Part shown: piece after piece, positions 19,450 to 31,318 of the stretch
How positions within the stretch are numbered: the first letter of the stretch is position 1
Layout of the letters: the number at the start of each line of letters is the position of its first letter
From: Candidatus Limnocylindrales bacterium
GTDB lineage: Bacteria > Chloroflexota > Limnocylindria > Limnocylindrales > CSP1-4
NCBI GenBank assembly: GCA_050014975.1
Contig: JBEKCH010000005.1
Span: 16,493-80,492, forward strand
Direction: 5' to 3'
DNA: 64,000 bases
Notes under the pieces: generated by a model
What the model was told of the DNA's origin: nothing
Seen by the model: the letters and a program-made list of their open reading frames with translations, nothing else
Database searches by the model: none
Made by a program: the position numbers and the translations under genes

Positions 19450-22400
19450 GCCTGCGCGAAGGCCGCTCTCTCCGCCGCCAGATCGAAGCCGCCCTCAGCG
19501 GGGAGGCCGACCCGCTCGGCGAGGAAGGCCTGGGTCCACCCGATCGGGCTCGACCGGGTGACGGGGACGCGGAGGAGCTGCCGATCACCGGCGAGGAGGC
19601 GGCGGAACCGATCCGGCGAGGCAAGCGTGGCAAGGAGCGGCACGTCGACACCGAGGTCCGGGCGGCGTACCGGGCGGCCCAGGCCGCCAGGGCCGAAGCG
19701 AGCCGCGAGGCCGCGATCGCCGCCGGCGGGTCCGGTGCCGCTCCGAGCGCCAGGCGTCTGCCGGATCTGCACGTCCTGCCGCCGCTCCTGCACGACAGCG
19801 GCGCCTTTGCGGCGTTGAGACACAGGCTCGGAACGGAGAGCGCGCCACTCCCCGCTGGCGGCCGCCACGCTTCGCTGGCGTCCGTGCCGCACGGCGCCAA
19901 GTCGTTCCTCGCGGCCGCGCTGGCACTCGATGGCGGCGCAGCCGCGAGTCCGGCCAGCCCGGCCGCCGGCGCCGGGGAGCGGCTCTGCTGGGTGGCCCGC
20001 GACGCGGAGATCGGCGATCGCGTCGCCGAAGAGCTGCAAGCCTGGCTGGGCGACCCGGACGCCGTGGCCGTGCTGGAGCCGCGCACGGCGCTCGCCTACG
20101 AGCGCAGTGAGCTGGTTCGCGACGAGACTGCGGCCCGCGTAGCGGCCCTGGCCGCATGGCGCTCCGGCCGTGCCCGGGTCCTGGTCGCGAGCGTCCAGGC
20201 GCTGCTTCAGCACACCCTTGACCCGCAGGAGATACCCGCCAGCCCGAGCCGCCTGCGCGTCGGCGCCCGTCTCCACCAGGACGAGCTGATTCACGATCTG
20301 CTCGGCCTCGGCTACGACCCGGTGCTGGAAGTGGCCGGCCGCGGCGAGTTCGCCCGTCGGGGCGGCCTCGTGGACGTCTTCCCCTCCGCGGCCCCGCTGC
20401 CGATCCGGATCGAGCTTTTCGGCGACGAGATCGACTCGATGCGCGTCTTCGACCCGGCCGACCAGCGCAGCCTCCACCCCGTCGAGGAAGTGGCGCTGCT
20501 CCCCGCCAGTGAGTTTCTGGTCCCGGCGGGGGGCATATCGGAGATACGTGAGCGCCTCACGAGCCTGCCCGGCCGTGTCGCCGCCAGCCTGGGCGAACGC
20601 CTGGCGGCGGACCTCGCCCGATTCGAGGAGGGAGTCCGCGCCGGCACCGGCGAGCTGGGCGCCCATTCCGGCCACGTCCACGATCTTGCCGCATCGGCGC
20701 GCGCCCTGGAGACGGGTGACGCCGCCGAGGTCTGGGCCGCGGTCCTGTGCCCCGCCACCGGCCTCGACCACGTGCCGGTCGGAACGCTGCTCGTCCTCGA
20801 CGAGCCGGGCGAGATCGCCGACGCCGCGGACTTCCTGTGGCGCCAGGCTCAGGAGCGTCGCAACGAGCTGGTCGGAGCGCACGACCTGCCCGACCGGTGG
20901 CCGGAGGCGTACCTCGGCCCGCGCGACTGGAAGTCGCGCCTGCTGCGTGGCCGCACGCTGGAGCTCACCTGGGAGTCCGAAGCGGCCGCGCCGACCGGCG
21001 GCGGAACGCCGATGGGCGACCTCTTTGGGTGGCGCGAGCCGGCCCTGCCGCCTGCACGGACGGCACGCCTGGCGCAGACGATCGCAGGCTGGACGAGCGA
21101 GGGGGATCGGGTCGTCCTGGCGTCAGACCAGGCTCCCCGCCTGGCCGAGCTGTTGACCGAGCAGGGCATGCCGACGGCCGCCATCGACCGAATCGCCGAA
21201 GCGCCCGCCCCCGGCACCAGGACGCTCGTCGGTCGCAGCCTCAACGGCGGCTTCGCCGATGGCCCCGACGGCCTCGTGCTGGTCACAGACCGTGAGCTGT
21301 TCGGGGCCGTCCGAGTTCGCCGGCCCAAGGCCCTGCGGCGCGTCGTTCCGCGCGACGTGCTGGAGCGCCTGACGCCGGGCGATCTCGTCGTCCACATCGA
21401 TCACGGCATCGCCCGCTACGAGCGGATGTTGCGCCGCGGGATCGCCGGCGAAGAGCGCGACTACCTGGAGCTGGGCTTCGCCGGGACCGACAAGATCTTT
21501 CTCCCTGTCGAGCAGATCAGCCGCATCAGCCGCTACTCCGGCGGCGAGAACCCCGAGCTGAGCAAGCTCGGCGGCAGCGAGTGGCTGCGGACCAAGCAGC
21601 GCGTCAAGCGCGCGGTCACCGACCTCGCCAAAGAGCTGCTCGAGATCTATGCCGCGAGAGCCACCGCACCCGGCTTCGCCTACCCGCCCGATACCCCGTG
21701 GCAGCAGGAGCTCGAGGCTTCGTTCCCGTACGAAGAGACGCTGGACCAGCTGCGGGCCACGGCGGAGGTCAAGCTCGACATGGAGGCCGGCCGTCCGATG
21801 GACCGCCTGGTCGTCGGCGACGTCGGCTACGGCAAGACGGAGGTCGCGCTGCGCGGCGCCTTCAAGGCCATCCAGGGCGGCAAGCAGGTCGCCGTGCTCG
21901 TTCCCACCACCGTCCTCGCGGCCCAGCACTACGAGACCTTCAGCCAGCGCCTCGCCGCCTTCCCGGTGACCATCCGTCTGCTCAGCCGCTTCGTTTCGCA
22001 GAAGGAGCAGGAGGCGACCGTGGAGGGGCTGGCGGAGGGCTCGATCGACATCGTCATCGGCACTCACCGCCTTCTCAGCAAGGACGTCCGGTTCAAGGAT
22101 CTGGGCACGGTCATCGTCGACGAGGAACAGCGCTTTGGGGTGGCGGCCAAGGAGCGGCTCAAGAAGCTGCGCCGGGAGGTCGATGTCCTGACGCTCTCCG
22201 CCACGCCGATCCCGCGCACGCTCAACCTGGCCCTGGCCGGCGTCCGCGACATGTCGCTGATCGAGACGCCACCCGAGGACCGCCTCCCGATCCAGACCCG
22301 TGTCGCCGAGGCCTCTGCCGGGCTCGTCCGCGACGCCATCCTGCGCGAGCTGGATCGTGGCGGGCAGGTCTTCTTCGTTCACAACCGCGTCGAGACGATC

Positions 22401-23417
22401 GAGGCCCAGGCCGATCAGCTGCGCCAGCTGCTGCCCGGAGTCCGGATCGCGGTCGGCCACGGCCAGATGCCGGAGGGCCGGCTCGAGAGGGTGATGATCG
22501 CCTTCGCCGGCGGCGCGACGGATGTCCTGGTTTGCACCACGATCATCGAATCGGGCCTCGACATACCGAACGCCAACACGATCATCATCGACCGAGCCGA
22601 CACCCTGGGCCTGGCCCAGCTGTACCAGCTCCGCGGCCGGGTCGGCCGATCGTCCCGTCGTGCCTACGCGTACCTGCTGTACCGGCGGCGCGAGAAGCTC
22701 TCGGACGTGGCCCGCAAGCGGTTGCAGGCGATCTTCAACGCCTCGGAGCTGGGGGCCGGATTCCAGATCGCTCTCTCGGACCTGGAGATTCGGGGTGCCG
22801 GCAACATCCTGGGCGCGGAGCAGCATGGCCACGTGGCTGCCGTCGGCTTCGACCTCTACACGCGTCTGCTCGCCGAGGCGGTCGAGGAGCAGAAGGCCGA
22901 ATTCGAAGGCCGGACGCCCGAGATCGAGCGGCCTGGCGCGGTCGTCGACCTCCCGGTGGACGCCCACCTGCCGGATGCCTACGTACCCGACACCGCCCAG
23001 AAGCTCGAGCTCTACCGGCGCCTCGGGCGCGTCCGAACCGCCGGCGAGCTGGCCGCCTTCCGCCAGGAGCTGGCCGATCGTTTCGGGCCGCCGCCGCCGC
23101 CGGTCCTGCGTCTGCTCGAGGTGGTGGAGCTGCGCATGGCCGCCGAGGCGGCCGGGGTAGCGTCGATATCGCGCGAGGAGGGCGAGCTGGTCGTCCGGCT
23201 GGGCACGCTGACGCGGGCTTCGGCGATGCGAGCGCTCGCTCCGATGGGCCGCGAGGTCGTCCGGTTCGGCTCGAACCAGGCCCGCATCCGCCTGCCGCGC
23301 GACCCCGTCCGGGCCTGGAGCGTGGCCCAGTCAGTGGTAGCGAGACTCCTCCCGGCAGCGCGGGAGCAGCGCGAGCAGCGCGAGCGCGCAGCCGCCGCCC
23401 AGGCCGCCCCGGGCTGA
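19446..23417 (+). CDS. mfd: Transcription-repair coupling factor Mfd
   Basis: Walker A (GDVGYGKTEVA), DEEQRFGV, TRCF/RNAP-interaction domains and the helicase C-terminus. The N-terminal about 110 aa are an unconserved, charged extension, so the real start may be internal. Confidence 0.9.
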   Translation: MSLREGRSLRRQIEAALSGEADPLGEEGLGPPDRARPGDGDAEELPITGEEAAEPIRRGKRGKERHVDTEVRAAYRAAQAARAEASREAAIAAGGSGAAPSARRLPDLHVLPPLLHDSGAFAALRHRLGTESAPLPAGGRHASLASVPHGAKSFLAAALALDGGAAASPASPAAGAGERLCWVARDAEIGDRVAEELQAWLGDPDAVAVLEPRTALAYERSELVRDETAARVAALAAWRSGRARVLVASVQALLQHTLDPQEIPASPSRLRVGARLHQDELIHDLLGLGYDPVLEVAGRGEFARRGGLVDVFPSAAPLPIRIELFGDEIDSMRVFDPADQRSLHPVEEVALLPASEFLVPAGGISEIRERLTSLPGRVAASLGERLAADLARFEEGVRAGTGELGAHSGHVHDLAASARALETGDAAEVWAAVLCPATGLDHVPVGTLLVLDEPGEIADAADFLWRQAQERRNELVGAHDLPDRWPEAYLGPRDWKSRLLRGRTLELTWESEAAAPTGGGTPMGDLFGWREPALPPARTARLAQTIAGWTSEGDRVVLASDQAPRLAELLTEQGMPTAAIDRIAEAPAPGTRTLVGRSLNGGFADGPDGLVLVTDRELFGAVRVRRPKALRRVVPRDVLERLTPGDLVVHIDHGIARYERMLRRGIAGEERDYLELGFAGTDKIFLPVEQISRISRYSGGENPELSKLGGSEWLRTKQRVKRAVTDLAKELLEIYAARATAPGFAYPPDTPWQQELEASFPYEETLDQLRATAEVKLDMEAGRPMDRLVVGDVGYGKTEVALRGAFKAIQGGKQVAVLVPTTVLAAQHYETFSQRLAAFPVTIRLLSRFVSQKEQEATVEGLAEGSIDIVIGTHRLLSKDVRFKDLGTVIVDEEQRFGVAAKERLKKLRREVDVLTLSATPIPRTLNLALAGVRDMSLIETPPEDRLPIQTRVAEASAGLVRDAILRELDRGGQVFFVHNRVETIEAQADQLRQLLPGVRIAVGHGQMPEGRLERVMIAFAGGATDVLVCTTIIESGLDIPNANTIIIDRADTLGLAQLYQLRGRVGRSSRRAYAYLLYRRREKLSDVARKRLQAIFNASELGAGFQIALSDLEIRGAGNILGAEQHGHVAAVGFDLYTRLLAEAVEEQKAEFEGRTPEIERPGAVVDLPVDAHLPDAYVPDTAQKLELYRRLGRVRTAGELAAFRQELADRFGPPPPPVLRLLEVVELRMAAEAAGVASISREEGELVVRLGTLTRASAMRALAPMGREVVRFGSNQARIRLPRDPVRAWSVAQSVVARLLPAAREQREQRERAAAAQAAPG

Positions 23418-23585
23418 CGGCGACGCCGGCCGGGGGCCCCGTTTGGCCGGAATCGGCCTCGATCGCGTACCCTATGCTCGGCCCGGGGCGGAGACGAAGC
23501 TGCGGGCCGGGCCGAGGGCCCGTCACCCGCCGCCGGTCAGTTCCGTCGCATCCCGCGTCACGGGGACCGGACAGAAGGACAAGGG

Positions 23586-25892
23586 ATGCAGCGAACAGGC
23601 AGGAGAAGCGCGGCCGGGGGCGGCGAGAAGGACAACTTCCGCCCGGACATCGAGGGCCTGCGTGGCGTTGCCGTCCTGCTCGTGGTCTTCTTCCACGCCG
23701 CCCTGCTGTCCAACTCGGACCTCAAAGTCCCCGGCGGCTACATAGGCGTCGATCTCTTCTTCGTCATCTCCGGGTTCCTGATCACCGGCCTCCTGATCCG
23801 CGAGCGCGAGCGCACCGGCAAAATCAGCTTCTCCAAGTTCTACGCCCGACGAGTGCGACGGATCCTGCCCGCCGCGGCGGTCGTGCTGCTCGTCACGATT
23901 CCGCTCTCGTACGTGCTGGTCACGCTCATCCAGCGCCCGGACGCGATGGAGGACGGCGCCTCCGCCGCGCTCTCGATCGCCAACATCCGCTTCGCCCTCA
24001 CCACGAACTACTTCAACCCGGTCAGCTACTCGCCCTTCCTGCACTTCTGGTCGCTCGGCGTGGAAGAGCAGTTCTACTTCGTCTGGCCGGCGCTGCTCTT
24101 CGTGGCGGCGTGGCGCAGCCCGCGCCTGGGTGCCGGGCTGGCGCTGGGCTTGATCGTCGTGGTTTCGTTCCTGGCCAGCCTGTACATGACCGAGGCCAAC
24201 CCCAGCTGGGCCTTCTACATGCTGCCGACGCGGGCGTGGCAGCTGGCGGCCGGCGGCCTGCTCGCCATCGGCGCCGGTTCGTTCGCTCGCATACCCGGTT
24301 TCGTGCGCCCGCTGGTTTCGCAGCTGCTGGTGATCCTGGGGTGGCTGGCGCTCGGGGCTCTGCTCTTCGACGCCTTCGCGCTCGACTCGAACGTCCCGTA
24401 CCCGGGCACGGCGGCTCTCGTGCCGACCATTGCCGGCGTTCTGCTGATCGCCTCGGGCGCCGAGGCGCATGGCCCCGGCGTGATCCTGCGGTCGCTGCCG
24501 ATCCGCTTCATTGGCAAGATCAGCTACTCGCTCTACCTGTGGCACTGGCCGATGCTGATCCTGGGTGGGATCTACCTGCAGGGAACGTTGCAGCCGATCG
24601 TTTCGCCGGGCGAGGTTCAGCAGTTCCTGACGCCGGGGCAGGCCCTCGCGCTCGCGCTCCTCTCCATTCCGGTTGCTACGGTGAGCTGGGGTCTTGTCGA
24701 GGAGCCCTTCCGGCGCGGCTACATCCCGTTGCCCCGCCCCAGCCGGACCGTGGTCGCCGGGCTGACGGCGATGGTCCTGGTGGCCATCTTCGCCACGAGC
24801 TTCCAGTGGGGTGCGGAGAACACCCTGAACAACCTGGGTGGAGGGCCCGAGGCGGTCGTCGAGGCGACCAACACGCCGCTGCCCGACGACACCGCCTCTA
24901 CCGCGACGGCGACGCCTCTGGCCACCTTCGCCACGCCCGAGCCGGGTCAAACGCCGACGCCCACTCCGATGATGACGCCGGCTCTCACGTTCGCCCCGGC
25001 TCCTCCGGCGCCCACTTCGTTTGCTGTCACGAACGCCCTGCGGCCGACGCTGGCCAACGCCCCAACAGATTACGAGCAGCCCTGGAAGGACAACTGCCTG
25101 GGCTGGGAATCGACGACGGTCCCGCCGGCGTGGGGCAAGTGCGTCTACGGCGACATCCACGGCACTTACCAGGTGGCGCTGATCGGCGACTCGCATGGGT
25201 CGGCCCTATTTCCCGCGATCAACGCGGTGGCCAAGGCGCACGGCTGGAAGCTCGTGGTCTATCTGAAGATCGACTGCTCGTTCGTCGACATCCCGATCAC
25301 GGACATCAACCTCAAGCGCCCATACACTGAGTGCGCGACCTGGAACAACAACGTCATCGCGCGGCTGAAGGCCCATCCACCGAACCTGGCCATCGTCGCC
25401 ATGAGCCGCTGGATCTTCAACGTGAATGCAGCCGATGCCAGCATCACCGCCCAGGGCAACGCCATGGCCCGCGAGATGGAGAAGATCCCCAGCTCCAGCC
25501 AGCTGGTGATGATCCAGGACATCCCCGACCCGTGGAACATGAGCATCCCGGACTGCCTGTCGAGCAATCTCTCGGACTACAGGCGCTGCGCCTACAGCCG
25601 CAGCGTCGCCTACAACGCGAACATGGGCAAGCGGGAGGCCGTGGCGGTCAAGGACACGGGCGCGGGCCTGATCAACCTGACCGCTGCCATCTGCCCCGGC
25701 ACGGGCGCGTGCCCGGCGGTGATCAACGGCATGATCGTCTTCCGGGATCAGCACCACCTGACGGCGACCTTCTCCAAGTCGCTGGGGCCGGTGATCGATC
25801 AGCAGCTCGTGGCGATCCTGAACAAATCGTCCTCCCCTGCGCCGCCGACGCCATCGCCCTCGCCCTCGCCCTCGCCCTCGCCCGCTGGCTGA
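23586..25892 (+). CDS. Acyltransferase-3 (OafA/OatA-like) membrane protein fused to a C-terminal SGNH hydrolase domain
   Basis: Acyl_transf_3 N-terminus (FRPDIEGLRGVAVLLVVFFHA), about 10 TM helices, a Pro/Thr linker, an SGNH block (ALIGDSHGSALF) and a terminal (SP)n tail. Confidence 0.8.
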   Translation: MQRTGRRSAAGGGEKDNFRPDIEGLRGVAVLLVVFFHAALLSNSDLKVPGGYIGVDLFFVISGFLITGLLIRERERTGKISFSKFYARRVRRILPAAAVVLLVTIPLSYVLVTLIQRPDAMEDGASAALSIANIRFALTTNYFNPVSYSPFLHFWSLGVEEQFYFVWPALLFVAAWRSPRLGAGLALGLIVVVSFLASLYMTEANPSWAFYMLPTRAWQLAAGGLLAIGAGSFARIPGFVRPLVSQLLVILGWLALGALLFDAFALDSNVPYPGTAALVPTIAGVLLIASGAEAHGPGVILRSLPIRFIGKISYSLYLWHWPMLILGGIYLQGTLQPIVSPGEVQQFLTPGQALALALLSIPVATVSWGLVEEPFRRGYIPLPRPSRTVVAGLTAMVLVAIFATSFQWGAENTLNNLGGGPEAVVEATNTPLPDDTASTATATPLATFATPEPGQTPTPTPMMTPALTFAPAPPAPTSFAVTNALRPTLANAPTDYEQPWKDNCLGWESTTVPPAWGKCVYGDIHGTYQVALIGDSHGSALFPAINAVAKAHGWKLVVYLKIDCSFVDIPITDINLKRPYTECATWNNNVIARLKAHPPNLAIVAMSRWIFNVNAADASITAQGNAMAREMEKIPSSSQLVMIQDIPDPWNMSIPDCLSSNLSDYRRCAYSRSVAYNANMGKREAVAVKDTGAGLINLTAAICPGTGACPAVINGMIVFRDQHHLTATFSKSLGPVIDQQLVAILNKSSSPAPPTPSPSPSPSPSPAG

Positions 25893-26040
25893 TCTCTCGC
25901 GGAGCGCGGCTCTGCCGGCCCCGCTCATGGTCGCGCCGGGCACCCGGATTCGGCAGGTTTACCGGTCGAATGTGAGTGGCGCTGCGGTAGACTTCGCCTG
26001 CGAAAGCAGCTCATCGCCTGACCCGGAGGACCGCCTCGAC

Positions 26041-26562
26041 ATGACCGCCGAGGAACTGCGCGCCAAGATTCGCGAGATCCCCGACTTCCCCAAGCCGGGC
26101 ATCCTCTTCTACGACATAACAACCCTTCTCAAAGACGCGGACGCGTATCGCCAGGCGATCGACCTCATGATCGAGCCGTACCGAGGGGCGCGCGTGGAGG
26201 CCGTCGTCGGCATGGAGTCCAGAGGGTTCATATTCAGCGGCCCGATCGCATACCAGCTCCACGCCGGTCTCGTGCCGGTGCGCAAGCTCGGCAAGCTGCC
26301 GTCGGAAACGGTCTCGGTCGAGTACGCGCTCGAGTACGGCTCCAACACGCTCGAGATCCACAAGGACGCAATCAGACCCGGCCAGCGGATCCTCATAGTG
26401 GACGATCTGCTCGCCACCGGCGGCACCGTCCGTGGCACGATCGAGCTGGTCGAACGGTTGCAGGGCAAGATCGTCGGCCTGGGGTTCCTCGTCGAGCTGC
26501 TCGCCCTCAAGGGGCGCGACCGCCTGGGTGGTTACAAAACGACGAGCGTCATCCAGTACTGA
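26041..26562 (+). CDS. apt: Adenine phosphoribosyltransferase
   Basis: PRTase motif ILIVDDLLATGGT. GGAGGA RBS 11 nt upstream. Confidence 0.9.
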   Translation: MTAEELRAKIREIPDFPKPGILFYDITTLLKDADAYRQAIDLMIEPYRGARVEAVVGMESRGFIFSGPIAYQLHAGLVPVRKLGKLPSETVSVEYALEYGSNTLEIHKDAIRPGQRILIVDDLLATGGTVRGTIELVERLQGKIVGLGFLVELLALKGRDRLGGYKTTSVIQY

Positions 26563-26674
26563 TCCGCGGACATGATCAAGTGAGCTTTTCAGGCGACCAG
26601 GACAAAGCAACCGCCCGGGGCGGTTTCGAGCGATCCGTGCGCCCGGGCGAGCGGCGCGGCCTCCGGGTGCGACG

Positions 26675-27541
26675 GTGACGACGCGGGCCATCGCCGAGCG
26701 CGAGCGCGACGCCCTCGCCGTCCACGAGACAACCGATCGGGCGATGCTGAGGGCATTCCTGGAGACGGATCGCCTCTTCTCCGCGTACGCCCTGTGCGAT
26801 CTGGACGACCGCGAATTCCTTCGCACTCGCTGGGGAGTCGCCACTTCAGGCGGACGCCCGGTGGCCGTGGTGCTCCAGTACGCCGGCTATTCGCCGCAGC
26901 CGATCTTCGTCATGGGTGAAAACGATGGCATCGAGGCGATCCTGGCGTCCGTCATCAAGCCACGCACCGCCTACGTCGCCGCGCGGTTAGAGAACCTGCG
27001 CGCGGTCGCGGTCCGATACCGTGTGGATCCGGGACCCGAGATGGTCCGAATGTGGACGGACCGGTCGCATTTCCGACCCTTCCCGGCCGAGGTTCAGCGC
27101 CTCCTGCCGGTCGAGATCGGCGAGCTCAATCGGCTGTACCAGCTGGGCTTCGCGTCCTGGCTACCGGCCAGCGCCATCGCCGACGGGCTCTACTACGGCA
27201 TCCGCTCCGGCGGCCGGCTCGTTTCCGCTGCCGGCACGCATGTCATCAGCGCCTCGGCGCGTCTGGCTGTGGTGGGCAACGTCATGACCCACGTCGACTA
27301 TCGCGGCCGCGGCTACGCCACCGCCGTCACTAGCGCGGTCACCTCGGAGCTGCTGCGCTTCTGCGACCAGGTCGTGCTCAACGTCCGGGCCGACAATCCG
27401 CCGGCTTTGGCCGCCTACCGACGCCTTGGCTACCAGGCCTACGTGACCTTCGAGGAAAGGCTCATTCACCGCAGCGAACCGGCCTGGAGCGGCTGGACGG
27501 GCCAGATCCGTCGCCTCTTCAGCGGCCGCAAGGAGTCCTGA
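26675..27541 (+). CDS. GNAT-family N-acetyltransferase
   Basis: C-terminal GNAT fold with the acetyl-CoA site [19 protein letters not shown]. Confidence 0.7.
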   Translation: MTTRAIAERERDALAVHETTDRAMLRAFLETDRLFSAYALCDLDDREFLRTRWGVATSGGRPVAVVLQYAGYSPQPIFVMGENDGIEAILASVIKPRTAYVAARLENLRAVAVRYRVDPGPEMVRMWTDRSHFRPFPAEVQRLLPVEIGELNRLYQLGFASWLPASAIADGLYYGIRSGGRLVSAAGTHVISASARLAVVGNVMTHVDYRGRGYATAVTSAVTSELLRFCDQVVLNVRADNPPALAAYRRLGYQAYVTFEERLIHRSEPAWSGWTGQIRRLFSGRKES

Positions 27542-27545
27542 CCCC

Positions 27546-28844
27546 ATGTCTACGACGACTCGACCGACATCCGCCGAGCCCAGCCTGCCGCCGCACGACC
27601 TGGCGGATCTGGCGCTGGCCCCCGACGGCGTCCTCCGGATCGAGTGGGCCGATCGGGAGATGCCGGTCCTTCGCCTGATCCGCGAGCGCTTCCAACGGGA
27701 CAAGCCGCTCCAGGGACTGCGGCTGGCGGCGTGCCTGCACGTGACCAGCGAGACGGCGAACCTGGTCCGGACGCTGAAGGCGGGCGGGGCCGGTGTCGTG
27801 CTGTGCGCCTCGAACCCCCTCTCCACCCAGGACGATGTTGCCGCGGCGCTGGTCGTCAACTACGGGATCTCGGTCTTCGCCCGCCACGGCGCCGACCGCA
27901 GCCTCTACTACAGACACCTCAACCGCGCCGCCGACACGCACCCCCACATGACCATGGACGACGGCTGCGACCTCGTCACGCTGATCCACCAGGAGCGGCG
28001 GAGCCAGCTGGCGGAGATCGTGGCCGGCACCGAGGAGACCACGACCGGCGTCATCCGCCTGCGGGCCATGGCCGCCGACGGGGCCCTGGGCTACCCGGTC
28101 GTGGCCGTGAACGAGGCCCTGACCAAGCACCTGTTCGACAACCGGTACGGCACCGGCCAGTCCACACTGGACGGCGTGCTGCGCGCCACGAACCACCTCA
28201 TCGCCGGGCGGCACGTCGTGGTGGCGGGCTACGGCTGGTGCGGGCGCGGCATCGCCTCGCGGTTCCGGGGCATGGGCGCGCAGGTCGCGGTCGTGGAGGT
28301 GGATCAGGTCCGGGCTCTCGAAGCGCTGATGGACGGCAACCTGGTCATGACGATGGGCGACGCCGCGCCCTGGGGCGATATCTTCATCACGGCTACCGGC
28401 GACATCCACGTCATCCGGGCCGAGCACTTCAAGGTCATGCGCGACGGCGCGGTCATGTGCAACTCGGGCCACTTCGACGTCGAGCTGGACCTGACCGCCC
28501 TGAAGGAGCTGGCCAGGGGTCGGATTCGCAGGGTCCGAGAGAACGTCGAGGAGTACGACCTGGGCGACCGGCGGGTCCACGTCCTGGCCGAAGGCCGGCT
28601 CGTCAACCTGGGCGCCGCGGAGGGTCACCCGGCGGCGGTGATGGACATGAGCTTCGCCAACCAGGCCCTCAGCGCGGAGTGGCTGCGAGGCCATGCCGCG
28701 GACCTCGGCAGCGGCGTCCACGACGTGCCGGAGGCGATCGATCGGGAGGTCGCGCGGCTCAAACTGGAGGCCATGGGGATCGTGCTCGACGCCCTCACGG
28801 CGGAGCAAGCCGAGTACATGGGGTCCTGGCAGCACGGCACCTGA
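27546..28844 (+). CDS. ahcY: Adenosylhomocysteinase (S-adenosyl-L-homocysteine hydrolase)
   Basis: Full-length SAHH with a Rossmann NAD site ([14 protein letters not shown]). Confidence 0.92.
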   Translation: MSTTTRPTSAEPSLPPHDLADLALAPDGVLRIEWADREMPVLRLIRERFQRDKPLQGLRLAACLHVTSETANLVRTLKAGGAGVVLCASNPLSTQDDVAAALVVNYGISVFARHGADRSLYYRHLNRAADTHPHMTMDDGCDLVTLIHQERRSQLAEIVAGTEETTTGVIRLRAMAADGALGYPVVAVNEALTKHLFDNRYGTGQSTLDGVLRATNHLIAGRHVVVAGYGWCGRGIASRFRGMGAQVAVVEVDQVRALEALMDGNLVMTMGDAAPWGDIFITATGDIHVIRAEHFKVMRDGAVMCNSGHFDVELDLTALKELARGRIRRVRENVEEYDLGDRRVHVLAEGRLVNLGAAEGHPAAVMDMSFANQALSAEWLRGHAADLGSGVHDVPEAIDREVARLKLEAMGIVLDALTAEQAEYMGSWQHGT

Positions 28845-28989
28845 GCCGCGGCCGCCCCGCCGACGGCGGCCTTCCGTGGCTACAACCCAGGCGGTGCCCC
28901 GGAAGGGCGGCGCCCACGTGCTACCCTTCGAACTGCCGCGCGGCGGAGGCCCCCTGCCCTGATCGCTCGAGCGACAACCCTGGAGAACG

Positions 28990-30189
<1,200 letters not shown>

Positions 30190-30193
30190 CCGC

Positions 30194-31318
30194 ATGTACG
30201 CCGTCGTGCTCGCTGGCGGAGTCGGAACGCGGCTGTGGCCGCTCAGCACTCCCGAGCGCCCCAAGCCGTTTCTGCGGCTGATCGGGGATGACACCCTCAT
30301 CCAGCGCTCCGTGGCACGGCTCGCACCGCTGCTGGAGCCGCGCGATGTCTACGTGGTGACGGAGCGGCGGTACCTCGACATAGCCCGCCAGCAGCTGCCG
30401 GCCATCCCGACGCCCAACTTCAGCGGTGAGCCGATGGGCCGCAACACCGCGGCGGCCGTGGCCATCGCGGCCGAGGCGATCGACCGGCCGGCGGACGAGG
30501 CGATGATCGTGGTCCCGGCCGACGCCCACATCGCCGACGAGGCGGGCCTGCGCGCCGCCCTGGCGGTGGCCGGCGACGTGGCCTCGGGCGGCTCCCTGGT
30601 GACGCTGGGCGTGAAGCCGGACCGTCCCGAGACCGGGTACGGCTACGTCATGGCGCGGCCGCCGGCTCGAGTGGTGGCCGGGCGCGACACGTTCACGGTG
30701 GAGCGGTTCGTGGAGAAGCCCACCGCGCAACGGGCCAATGAGCTGATCGCGACAGGGCTCGCACACTGGAACGCCGGCATCTTCGTGTGGACACGCGCCA
30801 CGATCCGCTACCGGCTGTCGCGGCACGCTCCCGAGATCGTCGGACCCATCGCCGCCGCCTGCGCGTCGGGCGCACCGGAAGACCTCGACCTCGTGTATCC
30901 CACGCTGAGAGCCACCTCGATCGACTACGCCGTGATGGAGCCCGCGTCGCTGGAGGGTGCCGTCGCGGTCGTGCCCATCGATGTCGGCTGGAACGACCTT
31001 GGCAGCTGGGCGGCGTTACGAGACGCCTGGCACACGGCTTCGCGCGGCGGCGCCGGCCCGGCTAATCCCGACGGGGCCGGGGTCCAAGAAGCCGGTATGG
31101 CGGGCACCGGACACAGACGCGACATCGGGTCCTCGAACAGCCTCGTCCTGGCGGGCGACCGGTTGGTGGTGACCATCGGACTCACCGACGCCATCGTCGT
31201 GGACACGCCCGACGCGCTCCTCGTCTGCGCCGCGGATCGCTCGCAGGACGTGCGCGTGATCGCCGAGGAGATGACCGGGTCCAGCCAGCCCGCACCGACC
31301 AGGGAGACCACCAGGTGA
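30194..31318 (+). CDS. manC: Mannose-1-phosphate guanylyltransferase (GDP-mannose pyrophosphorylase)
   Basis: N-terminal nucleotidyltransferase motif MYAVVLAGGVGTRLWPLS...KPF. Confidence 0.85.
   Translation: MYAVVLAGGVGTRLWPLSTPERPKPFLRLIGDDTLIQRSVARLAPLLEPRDVYVVTERRYLDIARQQLPAIPTPNFSGEPMGRNTAAAVAIAAEAIDRPADEAMIVVPADAHIADEAGLRAALAVAGDVASGGSLVTLGVKPDRPETGYGYVMARPPARVVAGRDTFTVERFVEKPTAQRANELIATGLAHWNAGIFVWTRATIRYRLSRHAPEIVGPIAAACASGAPEDLDLVYPTLRATSIDYAVMEPASLEGAVAVVPIDVGWNDLGSWAALRDAWHTASRGGAGPANPDGAGVQEAGMAGTGHRRDIGSSNSLVLAGDRLVVTIGLTDAIVVDTPDALLVCAADRSQDVRVIAEEMTGSSQPAPTRETTR

Noticed and set aside
23417-23585. Terminator after mfd (CCGGCC...GGCCGG stem).
   Set aside because: Long irregular loop and no T-run. 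Not convincing.
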